A model generated the notes under the pieces. It was not told where the DNA came from. It ran no database searches and saw only the letters and a program-made list of their open reading frames with translations. DNA of 63,977 nucleotides, the filler included, from Octopus bimaculoides (taxonomy: Eukaryota), in NCBI RefSeq assembly GCF_001194135.2. It is 4 parts of 4 records of this genome, joined end to end, with 100 filler letters (N's around TTAATTAATTAA, not from the genome) between each part and the next. Parts side by side here need not be neighbours in the genome. Positions count along the whole stretch, not along the records: positions 1 to 30,183 come from NC_068986.1; 3 more parts are not named here. One strand, written 5' to 3'. The position numbers and the translations under genes are program-made. This document shows positions 11,380-23,844 of the stretch, piece after piece (position 1 is the stretch's first letter; every line of letters begins with the position of its first letter).

Positions 11380-12139
11380 NNNNNNNNNNNNNNNNNNNNN
11401 NNNNNNNNNNNNNNNNNNNNNNNNNNNNNNNNNNNNNNNNNNNNNNNNNNNNNNNNNNNNNNNNNNNNNNNNNNNNNNNNNNNNNNNNNNNNNNNNNNNN
11501 NNNNNNNNNNNNNNNNNNNNNNNNNNNNNNNNNNNNNNNNNNNNNNNNNNNNNNNNNNNNNNNNNNNNNNNNNNNNNNNNNNNNNNNNNNNNNNNNNNNN
11601 NNNNNNNNNNNNNNNNNNNNNNNNNNNNNNNNNNNNNNNNNNNNNNNNNNNNNNNNNNNNNNNNNNNNNNNNNNNNNNNNNNNNNNNNNNNNNNNNNNNN
11701 NNNNNNNNNNNNNNNNNNNNNNNNNNNNNNNNNNNNNNNNNNNNNNNNNNNNNNNNNNNNNNNNNNNNNNNNNNNNNNNNNNNNNNNNNNNNNNNNNNNN
11801 NNNNNNNNNNNNNNNNNNNNNNNNNNNNNNNNNNNNNNNNNNNNNNNNNNNNNNNNNNNNNNNNNNNNNNNNNNNNNNNNNNNNNNNNNNNNNNNNNNNN
11901 NNNNNNNNNNNNNNNNNNNNNNNNNNNNNNNNNNNNNNNNNNNNNNNNNNNNNNNNNNNNNNNNNNNNNNNNNNNNNNNNNNNNNNNNNNNNNNNNNNNN
12001 NNNNNNNNNNNNNNNNNNNNNNNNNNNNNNNNNNNNNNNNNNNNNNNNNNNNNNNNNNNNNNNNNNNNNNNNNNNNNNACCACCACCACCACCACTACCA
12101 TCACCACCACCACTACCACTACCACCACCACCACCAAAA

Positions 12140-15100
12140 CGGGACGGTAATACACATAATGAACGAGGGCTAAAAGCCACACTGTTTTATTTGTGGAGAA
12201 ACAATCCATTTGCAAGCCTTCCGCTCTCAACTGATAAAAGGTGCAAGGGGTCGAAGGTCTCCACTGTTGCTGCCTACGCCGGGGTGAGGACTACAAACAA
12301 CACCATCACCGGCAAAACCACCCGCAACAACAAATGAAACACCATCAAAGACATTGACCACCCTAGGGGGAAACGAGGAAAGCTCTCCCACTTCCATCTC
12401 TCCCCAAAATACACACATGAACAAAAGCATAAACATACACACAGACAAACTTACGGCCACATACTCCCTCATCTTTTAGTAGTGAAGAAGAAGGAACAGC
12501 AAAAGCCCCCTCGAAACAAAACACGACAGTCAACACAAAAGAAAAATTCCACAAAGCATAACACCATCCACAATAAAAAATACAAACACCATCCACGCAA
12601 ACATGTCTCCAATAACACAACCACCAACACAACCAACGTCATCACTATCACCAGAATCCCCCAAACGCAAACAACCTAAACAGACACAAGAACAAATACT
12701 CACACAAACAACCCAAACCGCAGATACCACAGTCAAAGCAACACTGACACAACTGAAACAACACCAACAAAACGAACACCACCACAATAAAACAAACAAA
12801 TAAAACCGCCCCACCCCCACTCAACTTCGTACTTATCAGAAGGGCCAACGAGGAATTGATGGCCCTCGTAACACAAAGCACTGAAATTGAAACAGAGGGG
12901 TGATATTTTAATCGGGCACATTTTGCGTACCAGAAGCAAAAGATTTACTTCTGGTGCGAATGTTGCTCGATTCCTACACAAGAATTCGAGAGAGCTTTCC
13001 TCTGGACGTGAGTACCCCGAATTTGAAACCCACATCGAGATTTTTTAAAGGGGCTCCCCCCACAAACCCCACCAATTATGGAAGTCGAACTACCCGACTT
13101 TCACAAGACACCGGGAGGTAAGTAAACCTTTCCTCTCTCTTTTTAGCTTGCCAATATGGCTATATTAAGAGTAGGAAGTTTAAATGTTCGAGGCCTGAGG
13201 TCACCCTAGAAGCAGAGTCATCTGCTCAACGACCTCAGGTCTTTAGAATTGGACGAAATTGCTGTCAGTGAGATCAAAATTTATAACACATGCGCACTAT
13301 CCCCCATTTTCTACGACTATCAGATCTTTGCATTTGTTAGTCGGCCGATAATGGGAGGTGAGTTGACAGTGCTGTTTAGGAACGAACTGGATCTCAGAGG
13401 TAAGGCCGATCTTCCGGGACCAGGACGGTAAATTGGTGGTTCTGTATGTAAGCAATAGCGAAGGTGGTTTCTTTAGACTGGTGGCCGTCTACGCCTCTAC
13501 TGGTGCCAAACAGCCAGATTTCATTAAGAGTCTGGTAGCTTCGAGTACGTCTCGCCCTTTAATGCTAGTAAGGGACTGGAAAGGAATCTTAGACCAACGT
13601 TGGGATTGTGTGGGAGTAGCTGATAGAAGAAGTGGGTGCAAAAGCCTCAAGCACCTGATCAGCCAGTTCCTGCTGTCTGACAGGTACTGACGAGATTTCC
13701 CTAATGTGTCAGTGTGGACCGGGACCAACCGCATAGAGTCGTCTAGATCGTATATAGATAGGATTTTCACAAGGAAAATAGGATATCCACATTTTAAAAC
13801 GGTCATCTATTCAGATGACAAGTTTGTAATCTGTACGGTAGACCTAGATAAGACGTATCGGTTAGGACCCGGGTACTGGAAGCTGAACTTGTCGTTTCCG
13901 GCACGTAAGGCTTACAGGGCCCAGGTCAACAATTTAGTTAACCAAAAGTTGACAGGGGTATCTCGTCAACAACGTGAATGAGTGAATCTCAAAAGAGAGA
14001 TTAGAGTAATATCGATAGGGTTTAGCAAAGAAGTAGCGTTATAAAAAATAGAAAGGAGGAGGATTTAGTAGCTGAGTTAGACGAAATTATCTGTAGTTGC
14101 ATTGCAACTGACGTGTTAGCAGGGAGAATGGCATTAGACCAGTTTTTCAATGCGAAACATGAAGGCTGCATTGTCAGAGCCAAGGGGCGTGTTCTAAGAA
14201 ACGAGGGGATCAAAGCTGTTAGATGGGACCGCGTGGCGGAGGTGCAACGTGGTAATAAAGCCACAATTCGAGTCGGACACGAGCTGAGCGATTCCAGGCA
14301 GAATATGTGAAACCTTTCACCAGCACTTTGCTCGGTTTTTGGAGAGAGTGGCGGGGCGGAGATAGTAGTGAATTTCGGTCCCTACCTTACCGACTTGTTG
14401 CATCTCTCGACGGCCGACGCTGAGCCCTGTGAATGGCAAATAACTTCAGCCGATATTCAGGATGCCCTTGTTGGTTACACGAGCGCAGGTCACCCGGTTT
14501 AGATGGTCTGTCCTACGAGCTTTACGTGAATATGACAGACTTGCTCTCCGATCTTCTTGAAGAGCTCTACTGCAACTGACAGCAGATACGAACTATTCCC
14601 AGCTCTGTGAGCCAGGGCGTAGTGACGCTGATAAGGACAGACGAAAACAAGAGGGACACATTAGATAATTTCAAGCCCATAACTCTGCTCAAGAGAGTTT
14701 AAGATTTTGGCCAAGGTGTTAGCGAAGACGTTGGTGCTTAGCAAGGATTTGATTGAGAGGCGCAAACCTGCGCAATCCAACTAGGTCCATACACGACAAC
14801 CTCCACCTCATGCGATATATCCTAGAAAAGGTAGGATGTAAACCTGGCTTCGTTGGGGATCTAATCAATTTAGATCAATGGAAAGCATTCGATAGGGTCG
14901 ACCATCGATATCTAGAGGCTGTCCTCAGAGCGGCTAGCTTCGGCCCCGTCTTCAGAGGTTGGATACCGGCAATGCTCAGCGACATCTACACGGTGGTCAA
15001 AGTTATTTGCCACCTCTCGGAACCGTTTCAGGTCTCCCGATCAGTCCGTCAAGAGTGCTCATTCTCCTCCCTTCTGTACTTATTGACGCTTGAACCTTTA

Positions 15101-16752
15101 CTGCGGAAGCTGGAGCCGCTGCAGGGCATTCCACTCGAACCGGAATGCAGAAGGGCTGTGTCGGCTTATGCAGTCGACATCACTGTGATGGTGTTCGACA
15201 TCTCAGAAATCGAAGTGGTTGGTACATTATTGGAGGAATATGACAAGTTGACAAGAGCAAAATTTAACCCGGATAAGTCGGTGGACTTGCAGCTCGGCAC
15301 CTGGAGAGGCAAGTTTATGCCGGCCAACAGTGTAGTTGGACGCTGTATGGACGGACCGGTAAAGTTGCTTGGGGTTTGGTTCGTACCAGACCTCCAGGTG
15401 GATAAGAACTGGGACAAGGTGCCGAGCAGAGTAGCCAGTCTAAACGAGAAATGGGCTACGAGGAAGGTGTCACTGAAAAGTCGGGTGGAGGTGGCGAATG
15501 CGTGCGTCGCGTCCGTCATCTACTACCGCCTGACAGTCGTGCCTTGGCCCCCGTTCGCACTTCATCAATATGAAACGCCTCCTCTTCAAATTCTTGAAGG
15601 GCGACAGATTCCATTGGTGAGGTGGTCCATCTGCTGCCAGCACCCTCTACGCTTAGGGCTGGACAAGCCGTGGATAATGATAGGTAGACAAGTGCTGAGG
15701 TTGCGGAATTTTCAGATATTCACCTAAACGGTGAGCAGTTATGGTCGCCATTTGTCAAAGAGGCTTTTCCCAGCTCTTCTCCATTTACTGAGCTACAGTC
15801 CCGGGTCAAGAAGAGGCTTATGCAGGGTAACTGGTATCTGGAATGTTGCCAGGTACTCAGTGTCCTCTACCAGTTGGGCCCTTCGATCAGTGGAACATCC
15901 ACTCTTGTGTTCTATAGAGGATTAGTGAAGGGAAAGTTCGATGACGCACTTGGAGAGGCTCTGGGTGTCAACGAAGTCGAATTGACTAGTCTGTTCCGGA
16001 TGACTTTCGAGCCGGGGACGATGGATAAGATCCAGAAATCTCTAGCTTGGTAGTGTTACCTGGGGACACTGCTGGTTCGAGATAAACTCTACGGGCACGG
16101 AAGTACTGTCAGATGGACTTGCCCAAGATGCACGTGGAGCGACAAAACGGTTCGGCACGCATTCGTCCAGTGTCCATGCATTACTGACTTGTGGAATTAT
16201 GTTGAACAGCTGTTGTTGCATGTAGGACAGATATAGCTATCGGCCGAGTCCATAGTGAATATCAATCCGCAGCCTTTCTTTGGTCTGGAAGGGCAGGCAA
16301 TTTTCCCCTGTTTGGTGACAGTAGCGAAAGAGTTTGTATGGCTTTTGTCTTCTGTCAATCCCTCATCAACTTTTTCAAATTTCACTTGGAAAGGAAGATG
16401 AGGGTGGAGAGAGAAGTGACGCCCCCCCCCCCCAGTACATTTGCTGAAAGGTAGGTGAATGTAGCGAAAATGGGCCGTGTGAGTTTATCTACTCTAATAA
16501 TACGCTTCTAGGCTGGTGAATTTGAGGAGGAGAAAGGTACACTTCCCGAGTACCCTCGAAGCATCGGGTGGTTCAGGATTGGTGGGGTATGTGAGCCAAC
16601 CCTAGGTGGCTATCCCCACTATTGCGGAACTTTCATTGTTAAATTCTTTTTGTATGTTATTATTGTTATTGCTTTAATTGTGTACTCGTTGCTTTGTGAA
16701 AAATGCCCACTGTCCATGTCTACTGTTTTGTCCCCTACATGAAATAATGTTG

Positions 16753-16807
<55 letters not shown>
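12140..16807 (+). mobile_element. Tx1/L1-clade non-LTR retrotransposon, near full length, decayed; 5' end truncated or lost in the gap
   Basis: ORF1 remnant with zinc knuckle CFICGETIHLQAFR (12183-12224), then a T/Q/N-rich tract. ORF2 runs from ATG 13156 with APE, RT and C-terminal CCHC motifs, followed by a 3' UTR and an (AAT)n tail. Confidence 0.92.
13156..16420 (+). pseudogene. Disrupted ORF2 (AP endonuclease, reverse transcriptase, CCHC finger) of the Tx1-like LINE
   Basis: MAILRVGSLNVRGLRS; LVAVYAS; DWKGILD (GDFN-like); YIDRIF; SDDKFV (SDH-like); GPGYWKLNLS; LINLDQWKAFDRVDHRYL; VRQECSFSSLLY; AYAVDITV (YADD-like); VKLLGVWF; CPRCTWSDKTVRHAFVQC (16120-16173). It is split over several frames by stops and frameshifts (tracked ORFs 13249, 13433, 13706, 14113, 14753, 15820). 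Confidence 0.92.
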
Positions 16808-16808
<1 letters not shown>

Positions 16809-17187
16809 TATAATTATTATTATTATTGTTATTTTTTTATACACACAACAGATTAGATTGCTAGAAAAGAAAAATCTTAACATCGGTCTACAACAAGTAA
16901 CCTTAGATCGCAAGAACCCTCCTAAGTATCCTAGCTGTCCCTAATAACACTGTTTTCTACAGCTGTACTAAACTGGGTTTTATGCCTATTTTCTCTATCC
17001 ATCTGTTCAGATCTTTACGTATAGTTCCCAATGCACCTATAACTACTGGGATACATTTTACCCGCACTTTCCATAGTCTCTGTAATTCAGTTGATAGGTC
17101 CTGGAACTTTGTTATTTTTTTTATACCTCTTATATTGATGTTTTCATCATTTGAGACTTTAAAGTCAATTATCTGGCACTTTCTAAT

Positions 17188-17232
<45 letters not shown>

Positions 17233-18360
17233 AATCAGGTCTTCTAGCTTCTATTACTCTGTGAATCTGAATGGTAAAGTTCCACAACATCTTGTATTTC
17301 TTACTTCCTAGTACTTTACTAAGTTTATGCTCATATCACTTATTAGTATGTTCAAATCCTAGCTTTCTACATAACTCCCAGTGGATTACACTCCCTAGTT
17401 CTCATGTCTTTTCTAGTATTCTTTCTGTGCCAACATGCTACATTCACTTACCATATGAATAACGCTTTCCTCTTTTGATTTGCATAACCTACATTGGGAA
17501 TCTAGTTGGTTTTTGTTTATCTTGGCTTCTATCCAATTAGTCCTTAATGCTTGATCTTGTGCTACTACTAACAAACTTTCTCTTTATTCAACTTTCCTTT
17601 CTGCAACCATAACTATATCTCACTACTACCGTTTGCTCCAACAATCTTTGGGAATCTAGCACGCAACGCCTTCTCCTCCCAGTCAGATAACTTCTGTTAT
17701 TTTTTCTGGTTTTTAGCTTCGTTTAGCTTTTTGGTTTCCCTATGTCTTGCTGTGATTCTATCAGCTTTTGGAAAACTTTTTTCTCTAATACCTACATAGG
17801 AGTCTGTATCTAATCTAGCTAACTCTAGCTAACGCAGTCTCCTACTTATATTAACTCTCTTCCGCCTGCCTTTCTAGGTAAGTATAGTCTTGCTACTCCT
17901 GCCTTTGGGTGGAGTCCTCCGTATTGAATTCTGTCCTAGTTCTTCTGTTTAGCTTTGCTAATTCAGTTTTTGTCAAATCTACAAAAGCTGCTGAGTATTT
18001 AAGTAATGATACTGCCTAAGTATTTGCAGCCTTCACTAGATTCGGGCCATTTAGCTTTGACTTCATTAGCTTCATCACCCTTCTTGCTGTACTCGTTCTT
18101 AATTTTCGTTTTCATTTCTTTAGTTACTACTCTGTCAGATTCTAATGCTCCTAGATACTTATAACTCTCTCCTCCTTTCAATGATCTTAATGTCTGGCTA
18201 TCTGGTAATTGGATGCCTTCGCTGTTGACTACCAGTCCTCTTCTCATGACTAATATTGCACACTTATCTATGGTAAATTCCATGCCTCTATCTTTGCTGA
18301 AGAAATACAAGCCACCATATCTTTTTGATTGAATTCTATAAACAAGAACTACCACTCTTT
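16808..18360 (-). mobile_element. R4/Dong/Rex6-type non-LTR retrotransposon with restriction-like endonuclease, 5'-truncated, decayed
   Basis: FSKDRGMEFTIDKCAILVMRRG...ESYKYLG (tracked ORF 17999-18355); CRLCKSKEESVIHMVSEC (17440-17493); RRPDLVV..D (RLE motif); IPVVIGALGTI...LLGTARILRRVL at the C-terminus; (AAT)n tail on the minus strand. Confidence 0.88.
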
Positions 18361-18829
18361 TTTAGTTCATTGCTCCAGGGAAAGCTTTGAGCGAAGAAAC
18401 ACAACCAGTTCAAAACACTGGGGTCTCAAAGTCCGCTTACGTCAAACAATCGAGTGTATTGTGGACACACAACATCTGAAAGGAGATGATGTCATCTGAA
18501 GACGAAATACAATAGTGATTGATATATTGACGTTTAAATCTGCCGGAACGTATCATGAATGAACATGTACATCATTCTCATTTTCGCTGTTCCTCGAAGA
18601 AATGAAACTTCTTTGATATTTTATTATCCTTAGTCAAATGGGATGTTAGAACCTGAATTTAGAAGCTGAAACCATTGAAGGCTGAAGTGTTCAATAGTTA
18701 TCCTTTTGGGAGTATTGAACGTTTTAGGATCTAAATACAATTTCTAGTTGCTTATGTTACAAGAATTTAAAAAACTTCGAGGAACTGTCTTTAATGTTGG
18801 TGCACAAAGTAGATAAAGCTATAAATAAG

Positions 18830-19015
18830 TGTTTCTAATTCTGGCACAAGGCCAAAAAATTGAGGGAAGGGGATAGTCGATTACGACGATCCTAGTGTTC
18901 AACTGGTACTTATTTTATCGACTTTGGCAGAATTTGAACTCAGAACGTAAAGCAGGAAGAAATGCGGCTAAGCATTTTGTCTGGCGTGCAAGCGATTCTT
19001 CCAGCTCGTCGCCTT
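18830..19015 (-). mobile_element. SINE family B
   Basis: Head AAGGCGACGAGCTGG at 19015 in reverse; body and tail homologous to other B copies, with an internal deletion. Confidence 0.82.
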
Positions 19016-19033
19016 GATAAAGTCATAAATAAT

Positions 19034-19263
19034 CCTTTCTACTATAGGCATAAGGCCTGAAATTTGGACGATTGAGGTTAGTCGATTACATGGGTCCCAG
19101 TGCTCAACTGGTACTAATTTTATCGACTATGAATGGATGAAAGGTAAAATCGACCTGACCTCGTCGCAATTTGAACTCAGAACGTAAAACCAGAAGAAAT
19201 GCCGTTAAGTATTTTGTCTGGTGTGCTAAACGTTGGCGTGCTAACGATTCTATCAGCTGCCTT
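19034..19263 (-). mobile_element. SINE family B with an 18 bp target-site duplication
   Basis: GATAAAGTCATAAATAAT occurs at 19016-19033 and 19264-19281, flanking the copy. Confidence 0.85.
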
Positions 19264-21901
19264 GATAAAGTCATAAATAATAATAGCGTTTGCATATTGG
19301 GATAAAAAATCCTTTTACTTTTTCCATCCAAGGCATTTTTTAAAACTAATATCTAAACGCCATAATTTATAGCTTTATCTACTTCGAGGTTCACTGTGAA
19401 CAATTTCCAGTATATACTTCACTTTTTCTCAATAACGAAAATACACCAAGAGATAATAACTACACAGATATATATAGTTGAATAATCATAAAAAGAAAGA
19501 TATAGTTAGCCTCAGTCAATGTGATGTATCCATCAAAGAGATAATTAGATCAACTGACTTCAGACAAGTGCTCCACCAATCCACGCATATGACAAGATTT
19601 GAGTCGATGAAACTAATCGATTGTAGAATGCTTTTGGTTTCCAGAGCTGTAAATCTGTTTATCATATGGTGCTTATTCACAGCTAGGGTTAGGGTGGGAT
19701 GGTGACAATGGGATACAGAGTGAGAAACATTCGCGGCCCTGGATACACAGCTGAAAATCGGTAACCACTTTACTAATACTATCTATACGTGGGGATCAGA
19801 AAAAATGAATCTGAAATAATTTCGTATGCAACATAGAGACATGAACTTTGATGCTAGAGTTAGAGTTCTTCAAATAGGGTTCTTGTGCGAAATGCAGAAC
19901 AAACTCTTATCCTGTGACATACAAATGTATTATTTTATGGATTTTATTATTGACGCTCTATTAGTTTGGGCAGCTTCATCTCTTTCCATAGCATATAAAA
20001 AAAAAAGAAAGAAATAGATATATTTATTTCATCCCACGCACTAATACAACAACTCAGTGATTAGTCTTCCTGATTTAGAGTAAGTGAGAAAGAGAGAGAG
20101 AGGGGGGATTGGTTGTTGTGGCTTTAGCAGCTTTCTCAAGATGTTTAGCGCCATGAGGAAATGCTAATCGAAAACGAATCTCGGTCTCAAATATGCGTTC
20201 ATCGACCATAACAAACCTAGAGATAGCAATACAGAAATAGATACAGTCGTGGCTAATAAGTAACGATATTACATTGAGCAGTGACTTATAAATAATTCTG
20301 ACGTAATGTGTATTATTTTTGATCAACAGCCAATGAACTCCTGATAATAAAAAAGGAATTTCACTTCTCGAAACAAAACAAATAAAAGAAAAAGAAAAAA
20401 TAGTGATAAATAAAATCGACACCTCAGAACCAGACATATTCCTTATGGTGCTCAAGCCAACAAGGGAAAGCCTCTAATCGATTGATCGAGAAGCTTATAG
20501 ATCACACCAAACTGTCTTAAAATAAAGGACGCGTTAGACAGTGTATTTTTAGATATTAAAAAAAGACGATGGCCACGGCCAAGAAACAAACAAAATCGTT
20601 GCTCACGAGTGTGCTTCATCAGAGCTAATCTGGGACTAAGCAAAAACTTGAACCAAAACAAGAACCATCATCACCAACGACTTCTGCCACAACCACTACC
20701 TCTAGCAGAATATCTATACAACTAACGCTTTCCAGAAAGCACGAACATTCATAAGTTTCCATATACACATTTCCAGAATTATATAGGGCGTTCGTACCCA
20801 GTCAAAAGATACGGTTATCATAAATGTTGAACGAATATCGTGATTCATTTCTCGCTTTCATTTATCAACTGATGTCATATTCCTTTTCTATAGCTGAAAT
20901 GACCGAGAAAAAGCAAAGAAATTAAAACCCCAGATGTTTCAAACCCATGTAAGAAACAGTAACTTTCATTTGTTCAGAAACTTTTAAGAAGATGAATAGT
21001 TAGTTCTCAGGAAAATGAGATGCTCATGCATTCTTTTACAAAGCACGGGCAACTCTCAGTTTTATCCCAATGAGTGCCATATTGAACAAGTGTCTTCCAT
21101 CATAACCTGGGAGGTAATTGTCTATTGCTCTCTTTAATTGTATTTTATCGGCTCTGAGAAAAAAATGGAAGGTAGAGCAGTTTTGGTGGAATTTCAAGTA
21201 AAAGAAAAAGTGGACCTATCCTGAAACTCAGTCGATTTATCGAGTCCGTCTCTAATATAGATCATATAAAGAAACTGGAAAATACGTTTGAAATGCAGAA
21301 AACCATAGGTGTGCATGCAAATATATCAATAATCCAATAATTCCCTCAAAGAATGCTTAAGTCCCTTTAGAATAACTGTTTTATAGACAAATATTAACAT
21401 CTCTTGAGAGAGGTTCTATGTGGCTGCTCTACTTGTAAGATATAACAGAGAAAAATTTCCCTAAATTCACATCTGATTATCTAAAAATAAAAAAAAACAC
21501 TAAGAAAAAAGAAAACAAAGATGCACTGGACAATGCGTCCTGGATACAGTGTTTGAAAACAAAACATGATGGTCATAGCCGTAGCACAGTTTATTTACAC
21601 TTGATCTGGGGTTAAACATTAATAATAATACGTTTACACCAAGTTATTATGATTTTGATTGGGTTTTATGACAAAAAGCTAAATTTAAGGTTCATTCACA
21701 AGACCTATATCGCTCCAGCCATTCTGTGGTCATGCAGTATGATTCAGGCTAAGCTTCATCGATAAGATATAATGAAAATGATACATGTTTGAAGTTTTAA
21801 CTGTACTGCTTGTTGCATGATTCAATCCTCGTTGCATTCCGTATTCAAATAATCTTAATAAAAATTTTGGGATTATCTCCCGTGCCAACTTGAGTGAAAT
21901 G

Positions 21902-22475
21902 GGATCTATTTTAAAACGGGGGCCACATTTTTCATTAATGTTTTACGTAGTGTTTTTGGTACGGAAAGACTTTCAAACTTCGTATACTTATCTATTTTGC
22001 GTTATAGAACAGAAAAATATTTTTGTATTCGAATTTATTTCATGTAAAAAATTGTCTTATTTCGATAATTTCAACCAATCACTGACAAGTATTCAGTTGT
22101 TTATATTTACTCCTTTGGCTGATTAAGCGATGTAAAGCGTATTTAATCTCCATACCTTCGTTTTATTTGCTTTTTTCATTTTGAATTTGCTTTAACCCTA
22201 ACCCTAACCCTATGGTTAGGGTTAGGGTTAGGGTTAATTGTTTCAAAATCGTTTGTTTATGTAGTCGGCACTTAATGTATATCGGCTGAATGGACGTCAG
22301 TGATTGGTTGAAATTACAGAAATACGACAACTTTAACATGGAATAACTTATGGATTTCTTTTTTTTTAAAGAAGACTAAGAGAAAAAGATGTTTTATATG
22401 ACACATTCTACCAGTGTTCCAAGTTTCAAAGTGTTTCGTTAATGAAAAATGTGGCCCCCGTTTTAAAAAAGATCC
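21902..22475. mobile_element. 574 bp MITE with 37 bp TIRs, an 8 bp TSD and an internal telomeric-repeat palindrome (Merlin-like termini)
   Basis: TIRs GGATCTATTTTAAAACGGGGGCCACATTTTTCATTAA (from 21902) and the reverse complement ending at 22475 differ at one position. TSD GTGAAATG lies at 21894-21901 and 22476-22483. (TAACCC)3-TATGG-(TTAGGG)3 lies at ~22193-22237. Confidence 0.9.
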
Positions 22476-23142
22476 GTGAAATGTGTATTTTAGATATTGG
22501 TTGTTTACATCACTAACAGTAGTTTTCATTAATTAAAATTTCTTGGTATTACTACATCAAATATGCTAGCACCCGATTTTCTGTAACATTTAAGGGTGTT
22601 CTACATGAACATAACTTTTCATTTAAAAAATCACCATTATATATATTGAATGATAGAGTTAGAGAGACTCACGTACAGCACTTCAAGTTTCTGTGTCAAC
22701 GATACGATGATCACTGTACTTCTTCTGTTGCCACAAGTTTTGTTGTCATAAGGTTTTTAACCACATTAATTACAAACACGAAAAAGCCTGTACCTTGGGC
22801 ATTAGACCGTACAAAGGAAACAGATCCTTACAGATTGAATGTCAAATCCAATTATGTGCCGATTGAAATAGTTATAAAATAATAACTCATAGGATATACT
22901 GAAAAATCACTAAAATAAAAATATATGAAAAAATAAATAAAAGACTAAGGGATAGGTTGCGTAGCTTCTTATGAACAAGACATGAAAAATGGGAATTGCG
23001 GTTAAGATCATATTATAAATCTTAGAACATAAGGGAGAGATATTAAAAATATTAAAAATATATAAACTTAGTTGAAAGACCTTGAAGATAAAAGCTTTCA
23101 ATATCAAAATATATGAAATATCAAATAGGTATGTTGATGAAT

Positions 23143-23242
<100 letters not shown>

Positions 23243-23431
23243 TAAATGAGAGGGAAAATAAGCAGAAGTATAAGACAAATGGAAAGAGAGAAGCAAAGGA
23301 GAGAGAAAAAGTGAGTTAGAGACAGAAAGAATAATAGGTTGTTTGAAAGCTTACTATAGTTCTAATAAAGCGTGGCTTATGAAGGAAATTTTATATGAAG
23401 CAATATCCTTGTGCATTTAGTCTCATAGTTT

Positions 23432-23499
23432 GGAGGATGACGATCGAACCGGCTGGTTTCATTATTATTTAGCAACTCATCAGGATTCGCTGATCCTCC
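23432..23499 (-). ncRNA. Type I hammerhead ribozyme with extended stem I, slightly decayed
   Basis: Minus strand: GGAGGAT-CA-GCGAATC-CTGATGA-GTTGCTAAATAATAAT-GAAA-CCAGCCGG-TTC-GATCGT-C-ATCCTCC. The distal GGAGGAT/ATCCTCC helix is perfect. Stem II is weakened and there is one extra nt at the cleavage site. Confidence 0.65.
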
Positions 23500-23844
23500 C
23501 CGCTTACATTATGCCGAGTGTATAAAGAATTAAGATTGACAGCTCAAGATTAATAACTAGAATATTAATACAGCGTTGGCTGAAAGATTCCTAACTTGCC
23601 AACCATAAATATGAACGGTTCCTGAGCGTCATCACTACTGCGTTGTTTCGCCGACAAAGTCTTTACGATTTCTATGTTCCTTTAGTCTTACGATGATAGA
23701 TTCTTAGTGGATAAGAGGATAGGTTTTAATATTTCCACTGTTTTCAAAATTGTAAACAACCATAGTCGGGTTAAATACGGTGATAAGACATGCTAATTAT
23801 AATATGAGATTCATGCTTGTGCACCTGTGTGTGTATGTGTATAT

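Noticed and set aside
11214-12337. Long tracked ORFs of 270-540 aa (also at 30624-32400, 33472-34632, 48776-50403, 51325-52575, 62990-63872)
   Set aside because: They are open only because N gaps and di- or trinucleotide repeats contain no stop codons.
20075-20661. Unique-sequence ORFs, with a possible minus-strand acceptor near 20219 and a downstream AATAAA
   Set aside because: No recognisable protein in any frame and no partner exon could be linked; this is too weak to call a terminal exon.
22646-22882. 78-aa ORF and a minus-strand GTGAGT donor at 22667-72
   Set aside because: All minus frames stop before the donor, and the plus ORF resembles nothing I know.
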